64,000 bases of DNA from the sequence record OQ921332.1, one strand, 5' to 3'. The DNA is from Escherichia phage vB_EcoP_PAS59. The stretch's first letter is position 1. Each line of letters starts with the position of its first letter. Under the pieces are notes generated by a model that saw only the letters and a program-made list of their open reading frames with translations, was not told where the DNA came from and searched no databases. The translations under genes were made by a program, and so were the position numbers. Positions 19,160-27,751 of the stretch are shown in pieces.

Positions 19160-19190
19160 GGCTACCCATTTCGGGTGGCCTTTTCTTTTA
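19160..19190 (+). terminator. intrinsic terminator (8-bp stem with G-U, AUUUC loop, U-run)
   Basis: GGCUACCC-AUUUC-GGGUGGCC then UUUUCUUUU. Confidence 0.6.
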
Positions 19191-19210
19191 TGTAACCTAA
19201 GGTAATAAAT

Positions 19211-19462
19211 ATGTCTAAAGTAACTTATATCACTGTAACTGATTTCCTTCCTTCTCTGAACACAACTGAGAGTTATACTTTTCCTGTAGAAAATGTTACA
19301 AGCTCTGTTGAGATGATTCAGTTTAACAAAACAACAGCTCGTACTAATGTAACCCTTCGTGGCCCTGATGGCAAGTTCATCTCCTTCCGTGATAAGGGTG
19401 TTCCTAAGCGTATTGCTAAATCTATTGAAAATCTGAAACCTTTCCCCAACTTTGGTGCATAA
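19211..19462 (+). CDS. small protein, tandem paralog A
   Basis: 'KTTARTNVTLRGPDGKFISFRD...NLKPFP'. Confidence 0.45.
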   Translation: MSKVTYITVTDFLPSLNTTESYTFPVENVTSSVEMIQFNKTTARTNVTLRGPDGKFISFRDKGVPKRIAKSIENLKPFPNFGA

Positions 19463-19721
19463 TATGAAGATTAGCTTAATCCAAATTCGTGATCATCTCT
19501 TTAATGGTGACGCTCAGACTCATGACTACAAGGTTAATCAAGGACAACACCCTACCAATCACCTGATTGGAGGGATTTCTTTATTGCCTAATAAAACAGC
19601 ACGGACTAATGTAATGATTCGTGGTAAGGATGGTAAATTCCTCTCTTATCGTGACCCTGAAATCTGTGCTATTGTTCGTACAGCCATGAACAACCTAAAA
19701 CCATTCCCGACAGTGGAGTAA
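19452..19721 (+). CDS. small protein, tandem paralog B
   Basis: 'KTARTNVMIRGKDGKFLSYRD...NLKPFP'. Confidence 0.45.
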   Translation: MVHNMKISLIQIRDHLFNGDAQTHDYKVNQGQHPTNHLIGGISLLPNKTARTNVMIRGKDGKFLSYRDPEICAIVRTAMNNLKPFPTVE

Positions 19722-19724
19722 GTT

Positions 19725-20075
19725 ATGCCAGTACCTCAACGCCTAGAACGTCACTGCGTTCTCAAATGGGACAATATTCATGACAACCTCTCTAGTCAAG
19801 AGTTTCGTCAGTTTATTGAATTGACAGCGAAGATTAACCGAAACCGACCAGCTCGAAATTATGTGGTGGTTAGTGACAAGTATCCAGAGCTGTATGAGCA
19901 GGTGTGGGGTATGAAACTTGCACAAGTTCAGAGGAACAGTAACGAACGGAGAGAAGCTCGTAGACAGAGAGCAGAAGATATTCCAGCAGTCTTTTATGTG
20001 GATGAAGCGGAATCCTACGAACAGTTAGATATTGTTGAGGATAACCAAGCGTTCACTGATTTAATATACCGATAA
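19725..20075 (+). CDS. hypothetical protein
   Basis: ORF only. Confidence 0.4.
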   Translation: MPVPQRLERHCVLKWDNIHDNLSSQEFRQFIELTAKINRNRPARNYVVVSDKYPELYEQVWGMKLAQVQRNSNERREARRQRAEDIPAVFYVDEAESYEQLDIVEDNQAFTDLIYR

Positions 20076-20088
20076 CTATAAGGAGTGG

Positions 20089-21783
20089 GTGATGGATAAC
20101 CCTGATAAGTTACCTTTCATAACGGAGATGACAGTCGCTGATATAATCTCAAAACAGGCGAAGCATGGAGTCAACTTCAACAGAAGAAACGCTCGGTGGT
20201 TTGTTCATCTTCTCAAAGAGATTATTGTCAATATTGATAAAGAACTGATTCCTCTCCTCCCCAAAATGCGGGTGGATGGTTCAACTTATTCTAAACCTTT
20301 TAAGAAATCAGGTGCTTTACAGAAGTGGCCTCAGCTCTATTGCGATAGGGTTGGTCTTAAAAGAGAAGATATCGGTGGGGCGTTTACTTGCGTTGAGTAT
20401 GTAGATTTTGACCCATCAAAAGATGCACGTATTAAAGAAGCCTTGATGGATGAAGGTTTTATACCTCCAGAGTGGAATTATTCTAAGAAACCTTGGAATA
20501 CTTTTGAAATTCGTAAAGCTATGAAGAAGTATGGTACATACTCTGCATGGTATTCTGCTTGGATTCGAGGTAACGCTAAAGAGAAACAGACAGCAGAGAT
20601 GATAGATGCTGATATCCGAAGGTTTTTGGATAAGCACTTCCGTTATCACACTGTCAATTATATGAAAGCCTATGTCAGCGGTTTAGGTCTTAACCCTAAC
20701 AGGAAGAAGCCTGTAACCTTTGATGAAATCAAAAAAGCTTTGGCTACATCAAACAAGTGGCCTACAGCCCCTACAAACCTTGAGGAGACTCTTGAAGAGG
20801 GGCTTGGGGGTGAACTAGGGGGTGTAGGAAGTTTGCTTAAGAGACGCGTTGTAGCGGCTCACAGGCTAGGTTTGATTAGCGGGCTTATCGACAAGGAACG
20901 TAAAGATGGTAAACTGTCCGCCGAAGCTAATAGCTGCGCTACTCCGACATTTCGTTTTAAACATCGCATTGTTGTTAATATTCCTTCTCGCGGTTTGTTT
21001 GGTCACGAGTGCCGCAGTCTTTTTCAATCTGACTATTCCTCAGACGATAGTCATAACCATCCTTTCATCATTACCAACCATATCCCTGATGGGTGTTACG
21101 TACGAAAGGGTACTAACATTATCTACGAAATGGGAAAACCGGGCAAGAAAGACAAACCAATAGGTGCTTATAAATTTTATGTACCTGCTGGTCGTGAAGT
21201 CTTCTTAGGTTATGATGGCTCTGGTCTTGAGCTGAGGATGCTTGCTCATTACCTTATCAAAGAGTGTCGTGAGATGCTCGCTGAAGCAGAGCGGGAAAAC
21301 AACCCAGCTAAGAAACGGGAAGCTGAACGCGGTCTAGCTTCTGCTGTTATGTACAGAGATATTCTTTTAGAAGGGGATATTCACTCACATAACCAAAAAC
21401 TTGCTGGCCTTCCTACTCGTGATAATGCTAAAACGTTTATCTACGCATTCAACTACGGAGCTGGTGACGCTAAGTTAGGAAGCATCGTAGGTGGTGGCTC
21501 TGATGAAGGGGCTGTCATGAGGGCAAGATTCTTAGCAGAGAATCCTTGTATTGCAATTCTTATTGAACGTATGACAGAGAAAGCACAAAGTGGATACATC
21601 TACGGTGTGGATGGACGTCGTATTACAATGAGGAGGGATGCAACTGGAAAGGTTATGGTTCATAAAGCCTTAAACACCCTCTTACAGAGCGCTGGGGCGA
21701 TTGTTATGAAGTATGCAATGCTATTCCTTAATAAATGGATTGAGCGTGATGGTGTTCGTTGTGCGAAGGTTATTGACATGCAT
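20089..21783 (+). CDS. DNA polymerase (family A, T7-like), polymerase domain exon 1
   Basis: Motif A 'YDGSGLELRMLAHY', motif B 'RDNAKTFIYAFNYGAGDAKLG', 'ALNTLLQSAGA' as in T7 gp5; frame runs into intron (stop at 21811). Confidence 0.8.
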
Positions 21784-22390
21784 AAACTTCATTGTGCATG
21801 TAAAAGTTGGTGAACTCGGTGAAACCCGACCATTAAGTTGAGGGCAATACCGAGCTAAGCTATTAGGAGGTGATATGGCTAAGAAAGATCTAGTGTTAGA
21901 AACTACTGACACAGGATGTATCATCCCTATCTCACACAAACTTAATAAAGATGGTTACTTCAGAAAGGTAATAGATGGCAAATGGGTCATGTATCACCGA
22001 TACGTCATGGAAGAAAAGTTTGGAAAGATTCCTGATGGGTTTGAAGTAAACCATAAATGCAAGAACAGAGCTTGCTGTAACACAGACCACCTAGAGATTC
22101 TATGGGGGAGTGCTCATGCAATAGAATCCAATACAGGTAGAAACAGAGAAAGACAGGAAGCTGCTAAAGAATTCTGGCTTAATAATGAATGTACCGGTGT
22201 TGCTCTTGCGGAAAGATTTGGTGTGAGCTTTGGAATCGCTTGTAGATGGATTCGAAAGTGGAAAGTGTAGAGACTATCCTTTGGGAGTAGGGGGTTAACA
22301 GGGAAACCCTCGAAGCGCCAACAACAGCAAATTAGCTATGCTGTTATGATATAGTCCGATACCCGAAGTAATTTGGGAATAACATAAATG
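21784..22390 (+). mobile_element. group I intron (IA-like) carrying an HNH endonuclease ORF
   Basis: 5' exon ends in U; P1 pairing of AUGCAU (21778-83) with GUGCAU (21794-99); R-like 'AGAGACUAUC' (about 22266-75) and S-like 'AUGAUAUAGUCC' (about 22346-58); terminal G at 22390. Confidence 0.6.
21875..22270 (+). CDS. intron-encoded HNH homing endonuclease
   Basis: 'EVNHKCKNRACCNTDHLEILWGS'; AGGAGG before ATG. Confidence 0.7.
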   Translation: MAKKDLVLETTDTGCIIPISHKLNKDGYFRKVIDGKWVMYHRYVMEEKFGKIPDGFEVNHKCKNRACCNTDHLEILWGSAHAIESNTGRNRERQEAAKEFWLNNECTGVALAERFGVSFGIACRWIRKWKV

Positions 22391-22543
22391 GATGAAGGTC
22401 AGTTCACTGTACATCGTGATGATGTTAACAAACTTCGTACCCTCACTGAAGAGTGTGTTCGTAAAGCAGGAGAGTACCTCAAGATGGAATGTCCTCTGGC
22501 ATCTGATTGCAAAATTGGATTAAACTGGAATCACACCCACTAA
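22391..22543 (+). CDS. DNA polymerase exon 2 (motif C and C-terminus)
   Basis: Splicing gives '...VIDMH|DEGQF...' restoring HDE; ends 'KIGLNWNHTH' like family-A polymerase C-termini. Confidence 0.6.
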   Translation, partial: DEGQFTVHRDDVNKLRTLTEECVRKAGEYLKMECPLASDCKIGLNWNHTH

Positions 22544-22560
22544 TTTGTAGTGGAGGAATA

Positions 22561-22752
22561 ATGACTAGACATGTACATGAAACATGGGCCATTACGGGAG
22601 CAAAAGATGCAATTGTTTGCTGTAATGGACATTTCTGCATCTATAACACAGAAAGAAAAGCTATTCAAGAAGCGGCTGAGTTAATGGAAGAGTTTCCTGA
22701 TAAAGATTTCTCCATTAAGAATTTAACCATCAATCTCCCGTGGAAGAGCTGA
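22561..22752 (+). CDS. hypothetical small protein
   Basis: GGAGGAATA before ATG at 22561. Confidence 0.4.
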   Translation: MTRHVHETWAITGAKDAIVCCNGHFCIYNTERKAIQEAAELMEEFPDKDFSIKNLTINLPWKS

Positions 22753-23107
22753 ATCGTATTACGAAATGAACTAGTCTTATTGATTAGTTCTTTTTAAGGA
22801 GACAAGGAAGTGGAAGAAGTAAAAAGTTCTGAATGGTGCTTGAAGCAACAAAAACTCGCACAGGAAGAAGGACGTTTTGATGATGCCAAAGTGTATGGGG
22901 AGCTTTTCCGTACATGGGTTGAACGAGAGGAGAAAGATCAATGATGGATTTGATTCGTAAACCTGCTCCAAAATGGAATGTATATTTCCAAGATGCTACA
23001 GGAAAATTTCACAACCAACTGGTTTATTCTGACGAAGAACGCGATGAAGTCGCTGCTCAGATTAAAGCAGGCGGTGGTACAGTTCTCAAAATTTATGAAA
23101 GGGAGTA

Positions 23108-23353
23108 ATGATGACTTTAACATCTAAAGAATTAAAAGAGACTTTGGAAACAACTGAAGGTAAGCAATTCTTTGTTGCACAGATTCATTCTATGGGCAAA
23201 GATTCACTACGTCAGGCTTTGTATGAACTAACTACTGCGGTTCTTCAAACAGAAGCTGACGCTGAAGAAGCTCTAATTAAGCTAGAAGCCGCTCAGGCTG
23301 AAATTAATGGTTTGAAAGTTCGTATCAGTGAACTGGAAACACAGAATAAATAA
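23108..23353 (+). CDS. hypothetical coiled-coil protein
   Basis: ORF followed by terminator. Confidence 0.4.
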   Translation: MMTLTSKELKETLETTEGKQFFVAQIHSMGKDSLRQALYELTTAVLQTEADAEEALIKLEAAQAEINGLKVRISELETQNK

Positions 23354-23378
23354 GCTACCTTCGGGTGGCTTTTCTTGT
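23353..23378 (+). terminator. intrinsic terminator AGCUACC-UUCG-GGUGGCU plus U-run
   Basis: Read directly; after ORF 23108-23353. Confidence 0.6.
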
Positions 23379-23391
23379 CTAAGAGGCTAGT

Positions 23392-23784
23392 ATGAATATT
23401 GGTTTAGATTATGATGATACTTTTACAGTGGACAAGGAGATGTGGACCCACATTGTAGGTCTTATGAAATCTCGTGGACATGATGTTCGTATCGTCACTT
23501 ATCGTTTTGCTCAGCCCAATGGGTATTCAAATGAAGAGCTTCTAGCAGATGCAGCAAGTCTAGATATTCCTGTTATCTTTTGCAACGGTGTTCAGAAGGA
23601 TTCTGTCACTCAGAGCTTGGGTTTCTTTGTGGATGTTTGGATTGATGACTTCCCTGTCGGTATCCCTAAAATGGACCACCTAGATGGAATGCTAAAGGGT
23701 GTAAGACTTAATGACCTTAAAGCAGCACCTCCGGTAGAAATAGCCTCTCCTGTGTACTCTGAAGAGCCTCTGGTGATACGATGA
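23392..23784 (+). CDS. hypothetical protein
   Basis: ORF only. Confidence 0.4.
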   Translation: MNIGLDYDDTFTVDKEMWTHIVGLMKSRGHDVRIVTYRFAQPNGYSNEELLADAASLDIPVIFCNGVQKDSVTQSLGFFVDVWIDDFPVGIPKMDHLDGMLKGVRLNDLKAAPPVEIASPVYSEEPLVIR

Positions 23785-23956
23785 AGAAGTTTCTAATCTG
23801 GTCTATTGTAATTGCTCTGTTTCTTTGGGTGATGGATGCTCTTGGAGATTATAGCAAAGAAGACTGTGAGACTCGAATCTCTCAAGAGTTTAAATCAGAG
23901 ACCAAGTGGGTTGATGGTCGCTGTTACATCAAGGATTGGGGAAGGGTCTTATCAAG

Positions 23957-24136
23957 ATGAAGAAATACAGCGTGTGGTTCAATGAGGTAGAAGAGGGTTT
24001 TGATGAAGTTGGTGGTTGGGTTAATATCCTAAACACAGACGACATAGAAGAGGCCGAGAAATGCGCCCTAAACTACAACTCTGGATATTATGAAAGAAAT
24101 TGGGAGCACGATGAAATACTACAAAGTAGTTTATAA
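23957..24136 (+). CDS. small acidic protein, dispersed paralog A
   Basis: 'KYSVWFNEVEEGFDEVGGWVNILNTDDIEEAEK...YYE'. Confidence 0.4.
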   Translation: MKKYSVWFNEVEEGFDEVGGWVNILNTDDIEEAEKCALNYNSGYYERNWEHDEILQSSL

Positions 24137-24685
24137 GTTAAATTTATACCTTCGTGGAACAGGCAGTCTTGAAGTGTCAGGGTGTAAAGTTGTAGAAGAA
24201 GAAAACCCTATTAAAGCTGTTGAGAAGGTTAAAGAGACTATTAAGCTTGAAGAAATAGGAAGTTTTGAATTAGTTGATATTGAGGAAGTTAAATGATTTG
24301 GGTTCATACTTATAAGATTGGAAAGAAAATAGTTGACCGAATTCACTATGATGAAGCAGAAGCTCAGGCTTCTCTGGCAGTTCTTGGTGGTAAGGTGAGG
24401 AATTATGTAGAGGCTGGTAAGCCAGTTAACAATCCACCTGTTCTAGAGTATCTCGGAACAAACAATCCAATCACAGCAATGTCAATCATCAACAATAAAC
24501 AAAGGGAGTTGTTATAATGACTAATGAATATATTATTAAAAATGATGCGACAGGTTTGTTTCAATTCATCACAGATGCGACAGACTATGGACAACTTATC
24601 AATTTCGTAGAACTTGCAAAGCTCAAGGAAGAAATTGATGCTCTATATGCCGACGAGCAATCTAAACTCCTACAAGAGTCTCTAA

Positions 24686-24871
24686 GTGGAGATTACATCT
24701 GTGATGGTTGCACAATCTAAACGATATAAAGTCTGGCTAGATGAAGGAGCTGAGTATCCTGAAGGTTTTGGCTGGAAAGTTATTCTGGAAACAGATGATA
24801 TGGAGGAGGCTGAAACGAAAGCTGAATCTTTCAACTACTCATATTATGAGGACACATACGAGAATGGCTGA
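24686..24871 (+). CDS. small acidic protein, dispersed paralog B
   Basis: 'RYKVWLDEGAEYPEGFGWKVILETDDMEEAET...YYE'. Confidence 0.4.
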   Translation: MEITSVMVAQSKRYKVWLDEGAEYPEGFGWKVILETDDMEEAETKAESFNYSYYEDTYENG

Positions 24872-25370
24872 AGTTTATTTTGCAGGTGATGGTCACCTAG
24901 GCCATCGTAATATTTGTAACTTTAGAAAGAAGTTTAGTAGTATTGAAGAGCATGACAAAGCTATCTTAGCAGCGTTTGATCATGTTACTAAACGTGATAA
25001 AACTTTCTTTACAGGTGACTGGGTGTTTGAGAAGTATGCACTTGATATTATCGCTGAAGTAAAAGGAGAGAAGCATCTTGTCTTAGGGAACCATGACAGA
25101 TTAGAACTTCTCCCTGATATGATGAAAGTCTTTAGACACATCAGTGGTGATTATAAGTACAAAGAGTTTTGGGTAACTCATATTCCTATTCACTCTGATG
25201 AAATGAGAGGAAAGTATAATATCTATGCTCATACTCATAATCATGTGATTGATGATTGGAGATACTTCTGTACTTCGATGGAACAAATCAACTTTAAAGC
25301 TGTATCTCTGCAAGAGATTAGGAAGACCTTTGATGAAAGAAGAAAAGAACAAAGTATCATCACTATTTAA
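24864..25370 (+). CDS. calcineurin-like metallophosphoesterase
   Basis: 'GDGHLGH...GDW...LVLGNHD' metal-binding motifs; start ATG 24864. Confidence 0.6.
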   Translation: MAEVYFAGDGHLGHRNICNFRKKFSSIEEHDKAILAAFDHVTKRDKTFFTGDWVFEKYALDIIAEVKGEKHLVLGNHDRLELLPDMMKVFRHISGDYKYKEFWVTHIPIHSDEMRGKYNIYAHTHNHVIDDWRYFCTSMEQINFKAVSLQEIRKTFDERRKEQSIITI

Positions 25371-25605
25371 ACCACCTGTTGTTTATAAAGATAGTCTCAG
25401 AGATCAATACAGTAAGATGTTAAAAGATCAAGCTGAATCTAACTTACTTTATCAGCGAATAGTAGAAGAATCTAGATTAAAAGGAATGATGGAGTGGTAA
25501 CTTATGTTCTTTACTTCTTAGCTTTCTTAGGAATAATCTTTTTATCTATTATTATTGAATTTGGTTTAAGTAAGTTAGTTAACTATTTAGGTAGTAAGTA
25601 ATTAA

Positions 25606-25671
25606 TATTCTTTTAAATAGAGAATCAAAGTCCCTAGGAGTCCCCACAACCTAAATCAAGGATTCCTTAAT
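25606..25671. repeat. perfect 11-bp inverted repeat AAATAGAGAAT/ATTCTCTATTT with 44-bp spacer
   Basis: Read directly; lies in a 415-bp non-coding AT-rich region. Confidence 0.6.
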
Positions 25672-25775
25672 TCTCTATTTTTATCTCGCAGGTGTCTCCT
25701 GCCCTTCGGTACTTGCAAGGGTTACAATGATTGCCCAATATACAAGCCTGCAATAGCTTTACTAGCTATACCATA

Positions 25776-25784
25776 TATACATTA
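25776..25784 (-). promoter_or_regulatory. TAATGTATA element in leftward orientation (no obvious target gene)
   Basis: Plus-strand TATACATTA. Confidence 0.25.
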
Positions 25785-25846
25785 CTACTTGTCATTATCT
25801 ACTACCAAAAAGGTTATAGTATAATAGAACCTTATCTGTATAGGTG

Positions 25847-25855
25847 TAATGTATA
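25847..25855 (+). promoter_or_regulatory. TAATGTATA promoter-like element upstream of SSB-like gene
   Basis: Exact 9-mer about 60 bp before ATG 25915; a perfect TATAAT also at 25820-25825. Confidence 0.4.
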
Positions 25856-25914
25856 TAGTATACAAACCGCTCAAAGAGAGCAACAATCTTAAATCTATAT
25901 AAGGAAATATTAAT

Positions 25915-26655
25915 ATGTCTATGATCCCTGAACTGTCTGTATCCCGTAAATCCAACTACGATGTAATCCCTGATGGTGAGTACGAAGCACGTATTGTTCG
26001 TGTTGTAGGTTTGGGTGTTCACAATCGTGACCCTTGGATTGACCCTAAGACCAAAGCAGTTACCCCTAAGAACCCAGCTTTCCGTATGGACTTAGCTTTT
26101 GAGCTGATTGGCGTAGATGCAACAGGGACTGATAATGAAGGCAAACCTCTGGACCCTCGTCCTGCTTGCCAGTTTAAATCTTTCGATGTAAACCCACGAG
26201 CTAAGAACTCTGGTATTCTAAATCTGATTAAAATGATCGACCCAAGTGTTCAAGCACTGAAAGGTGATTTGGGTTGGTTTAAAGATATGCTGTTAGGTCA
26301 GCCTGTTAACATTCTGGTTAACTCTTACACCAATAAAGCTGGTGAGAAGAAAAACTCCATTAAAAGCATCACTCCAATCCCGACTAAATATCGTGACGCG
26401 GTAGGTGCTCCTCGTAGTGAGTTGATCTTCTTCGAACCGTATGCTGAGACTGACGCTAACTTAGCTGCTTATCAAGCAATCTTCCCATTCCAACGTAACC
26501 TCTTGACTCAAGCTAACGATGCTAAGAATATCCCTCTGGCTGGTCGTGAAGTTACTAAAGCTTCTGATACTGAACAGAAAGATGCTACTCCAAGCATCCC
26601 TACCATTAATGAAGAGCCGCAATCAACCTTTGAAGAGGATGATTCGCCTTTCTAA
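25915..26655 (+). CDS. single-stranded DNA-binding protein (putative)
   Basis: Acidic C-terminal tail ending '...EEDDSPF' (as in SSB DDDIPF); sits after a large regulatory region and before a terminator. Confidence 0.5.
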   Translation: MSMIPELSVSRKSNYDVIPDGEYEARIVRVVGLGVHNRDPWIDPKTKAVTPKNPAFRMDLAFELIGVDATGTDNEGKPLDPRPACQFKSFDVNPRAKNSGILNLIKMIDPSVQALKGDLGWFKDMLLGQPVNILVNSYTNKAGEKKNSIKSITPIPTKYRDAVGAPRSELIFFEPYAETDANLAAYQAIFPFQRNLLTQANDAKNIPLAGREVTKASDTEQKDATPSIPTINEEPQSTFEEDDSPF

Positions 26656-26677
26656 GAATCTCTCCTTGTAACAGCTT

Positions 26678-26702
26678 AGCCACCTTCGGGTGGCTTTTTT
26701 CG
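26678..26702 (+). terminator. intrinsic terminator AGCCACC-UUCG-GGUGGCU plus UUUUUU
   Basis: Read directly; after the SSB-like gene. Confidence 0.65.
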
Positions 26703-26713
26703 TTGGAGTTAAA

Positions 26714-27055
26714 ATGGAAAAGCTTCAAAACAATATAGGTTTTTTAATCTTCACAGCTCTGGTTTTCTTTGGTGGTGTCAAGTTTGAGCAATACAGAAGT
26801 GATAGTAATGCTCTTGACCATGAGAAGAAACAGCAAGAGATTGAGGTTGAGAGAGCTAAGGCTGCTGATGAAGTGGCTCAGAAAGTTCTGACTGGTTTAT
26901 CTAACTGGAAGAAGAACACGGAAACTATTTACAAAGAGATGCATTATGAAAAGACTAAGCCAGTTTTTTACAATGTGTGTGCTAGTGATGAGTATGTAGG
27001 ACTTTTCAATGAACGACAGCAACAAGCAGCGGAGGCACTGAAATTAAAGAATTAG
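26714..27055 (+). CDS. i-spanin-like protein (N-terminal TM plus periplasmic coiled coil)
   Basis: 'IGFLIFTALVFFGGV' TM, charged helical remainder; C-terminal 'GLFNERQQQAAEAL' duplicated downstream. Confidence 0.4.
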   Translation: MEKLQNNIGFLIFTALVFFGGVKFEQYRSDSNALDHEKKQQEIEVERAKAADEVAQKVLTGLSNWKKNTETIYKEMHYEKTKPVFYNVCASDEYVGLFNERQQQAAEALKLKN

Positions 27056-27537
27056 TTAAATATCTATCTTACAATGAGGTTTCTGGTCTTCTCTGCTGGA
27101 AACAGTCTGAGGATAAGAGCGCTCAGTGGAATTCAAGATTCGCTGGAAAGGTGGCAGGTTGTAAAGCCACAGATGGCTATACAGTGATTACCTATCAATA
27201 TAAACAGTACAAAGCTCATAGAATTGCTTGGTATATCAAAACTGGAGAGATTCCTGATTTTCAAATAGACCATAAAGATTTAGACAAATCTAATAATTCT
27301 TGGAGCAATCTAAGAAGAGCAACACCTGTCCTTAATAATGCCAACAAAATAGTTCAAAAGAACTCTTTAACTGGAATAAAAGGTGTAGGGTACAGGTCGG
27401 ATATTAACAAATGGAGTGCTCGCATCGGATATCAAAACAAAGTAATTTGGCTTGGTTATCACAGCACTCAAGATGGTGCAGAAAATGCTTACAAAGAAAA
27501 AGCAAAAGAGTTGTTTGGTGATTTTTCTCGCTTCTAG
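27043..27537 (+). CDS. HNH-AP2 homing endonuclease; predicted AUU start
   Basis: Frame open from 27013 with no ATG/GTG/TTG until 27151, yet encodes conserved N-terminus 'IKELVKYLSYNEVSGLLCWK...AHRIAW'; GGAGG 7 nt upstream of ATT 27043. Confidence 0.55.
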   Translation: MKELVKYLSYNEVSGLLCWKQSEDKSAQWNSRFAGKVAGCKATDGYTVITYQYKQYKAHRIAWYIKTGEIPDFQIDHKDLDKSNNSWSNLRRATPVLNNANKIVQKNSLTGIKGVGYRSDINKWSARIGYQNKVIWLGYHSTQDGAENAYKEKAKELFGDFSRF

Positions 27538-27751
27538 TTTGATGGCTTGTTCAACGAGCGACAACAGCAGGCAGCTAATGCCCTTACCAACAAACCTAAA
27601 AGCTGAATGTGATGTAGACCTCCCTTTACTTCAGAGTGGACAGGGAGTAGCACTTGCAACAACACTCGAGTGGTATCAGGACAATTATACAACCTGTGCC
27701 GCTAACCACAACGGTTTGCTTAAAGCTCTCAAGGAGAGAGGAATACAATGA
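27485..27751 (+). CDS. o-spanin-like lipoprotein (putative; start uncertain)
   Basis: 'MLTKKKQKSCLVIFLASSLMAC|STSD' signal/lipobox-like, Pro-containing mature part with further Cys; overlaps HNH 3' end in another frame. Confidence 0.3.
   Translation: MLTKKKQKSCLVIFLASSLMACSTSDNSRQLMPLPTNLKAECDVDLPLLQSGQGVALATTLEWYQDNYTTCAANHNGLLKALKERGIQ

Noticed and set aside
21784-22390. Intein as the explanation for the split DNA polymerase
   Set aside because: The insert is not in frame (stop at 21811, separate ORF with its own RBS), and the boundaries show group I intron features (U at the 5' splice site, terminal G, P1 and P7-like pairings).
25500-25915. tRNA genes in the non-coding regions (25500-25915, 63480-64000 and others)
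   Set aside because: No cloverleaf-compatible sequence with a GTTCGAATC-like T-loop or 3' CCA context was found by eye; a tRNA scan should still be run.
27013-27151. Frameshift or pseudogene as the explanation for the start-less HNH N-terminus
   Set aside because: The frame is continuous with the catalytic domain and preceded by GGAGG at ideal spacing from ATT 27043; a decayed gene would not be expected to keep an intact 165-codon frame, although frameshifting from the upstream gene is not excluded.
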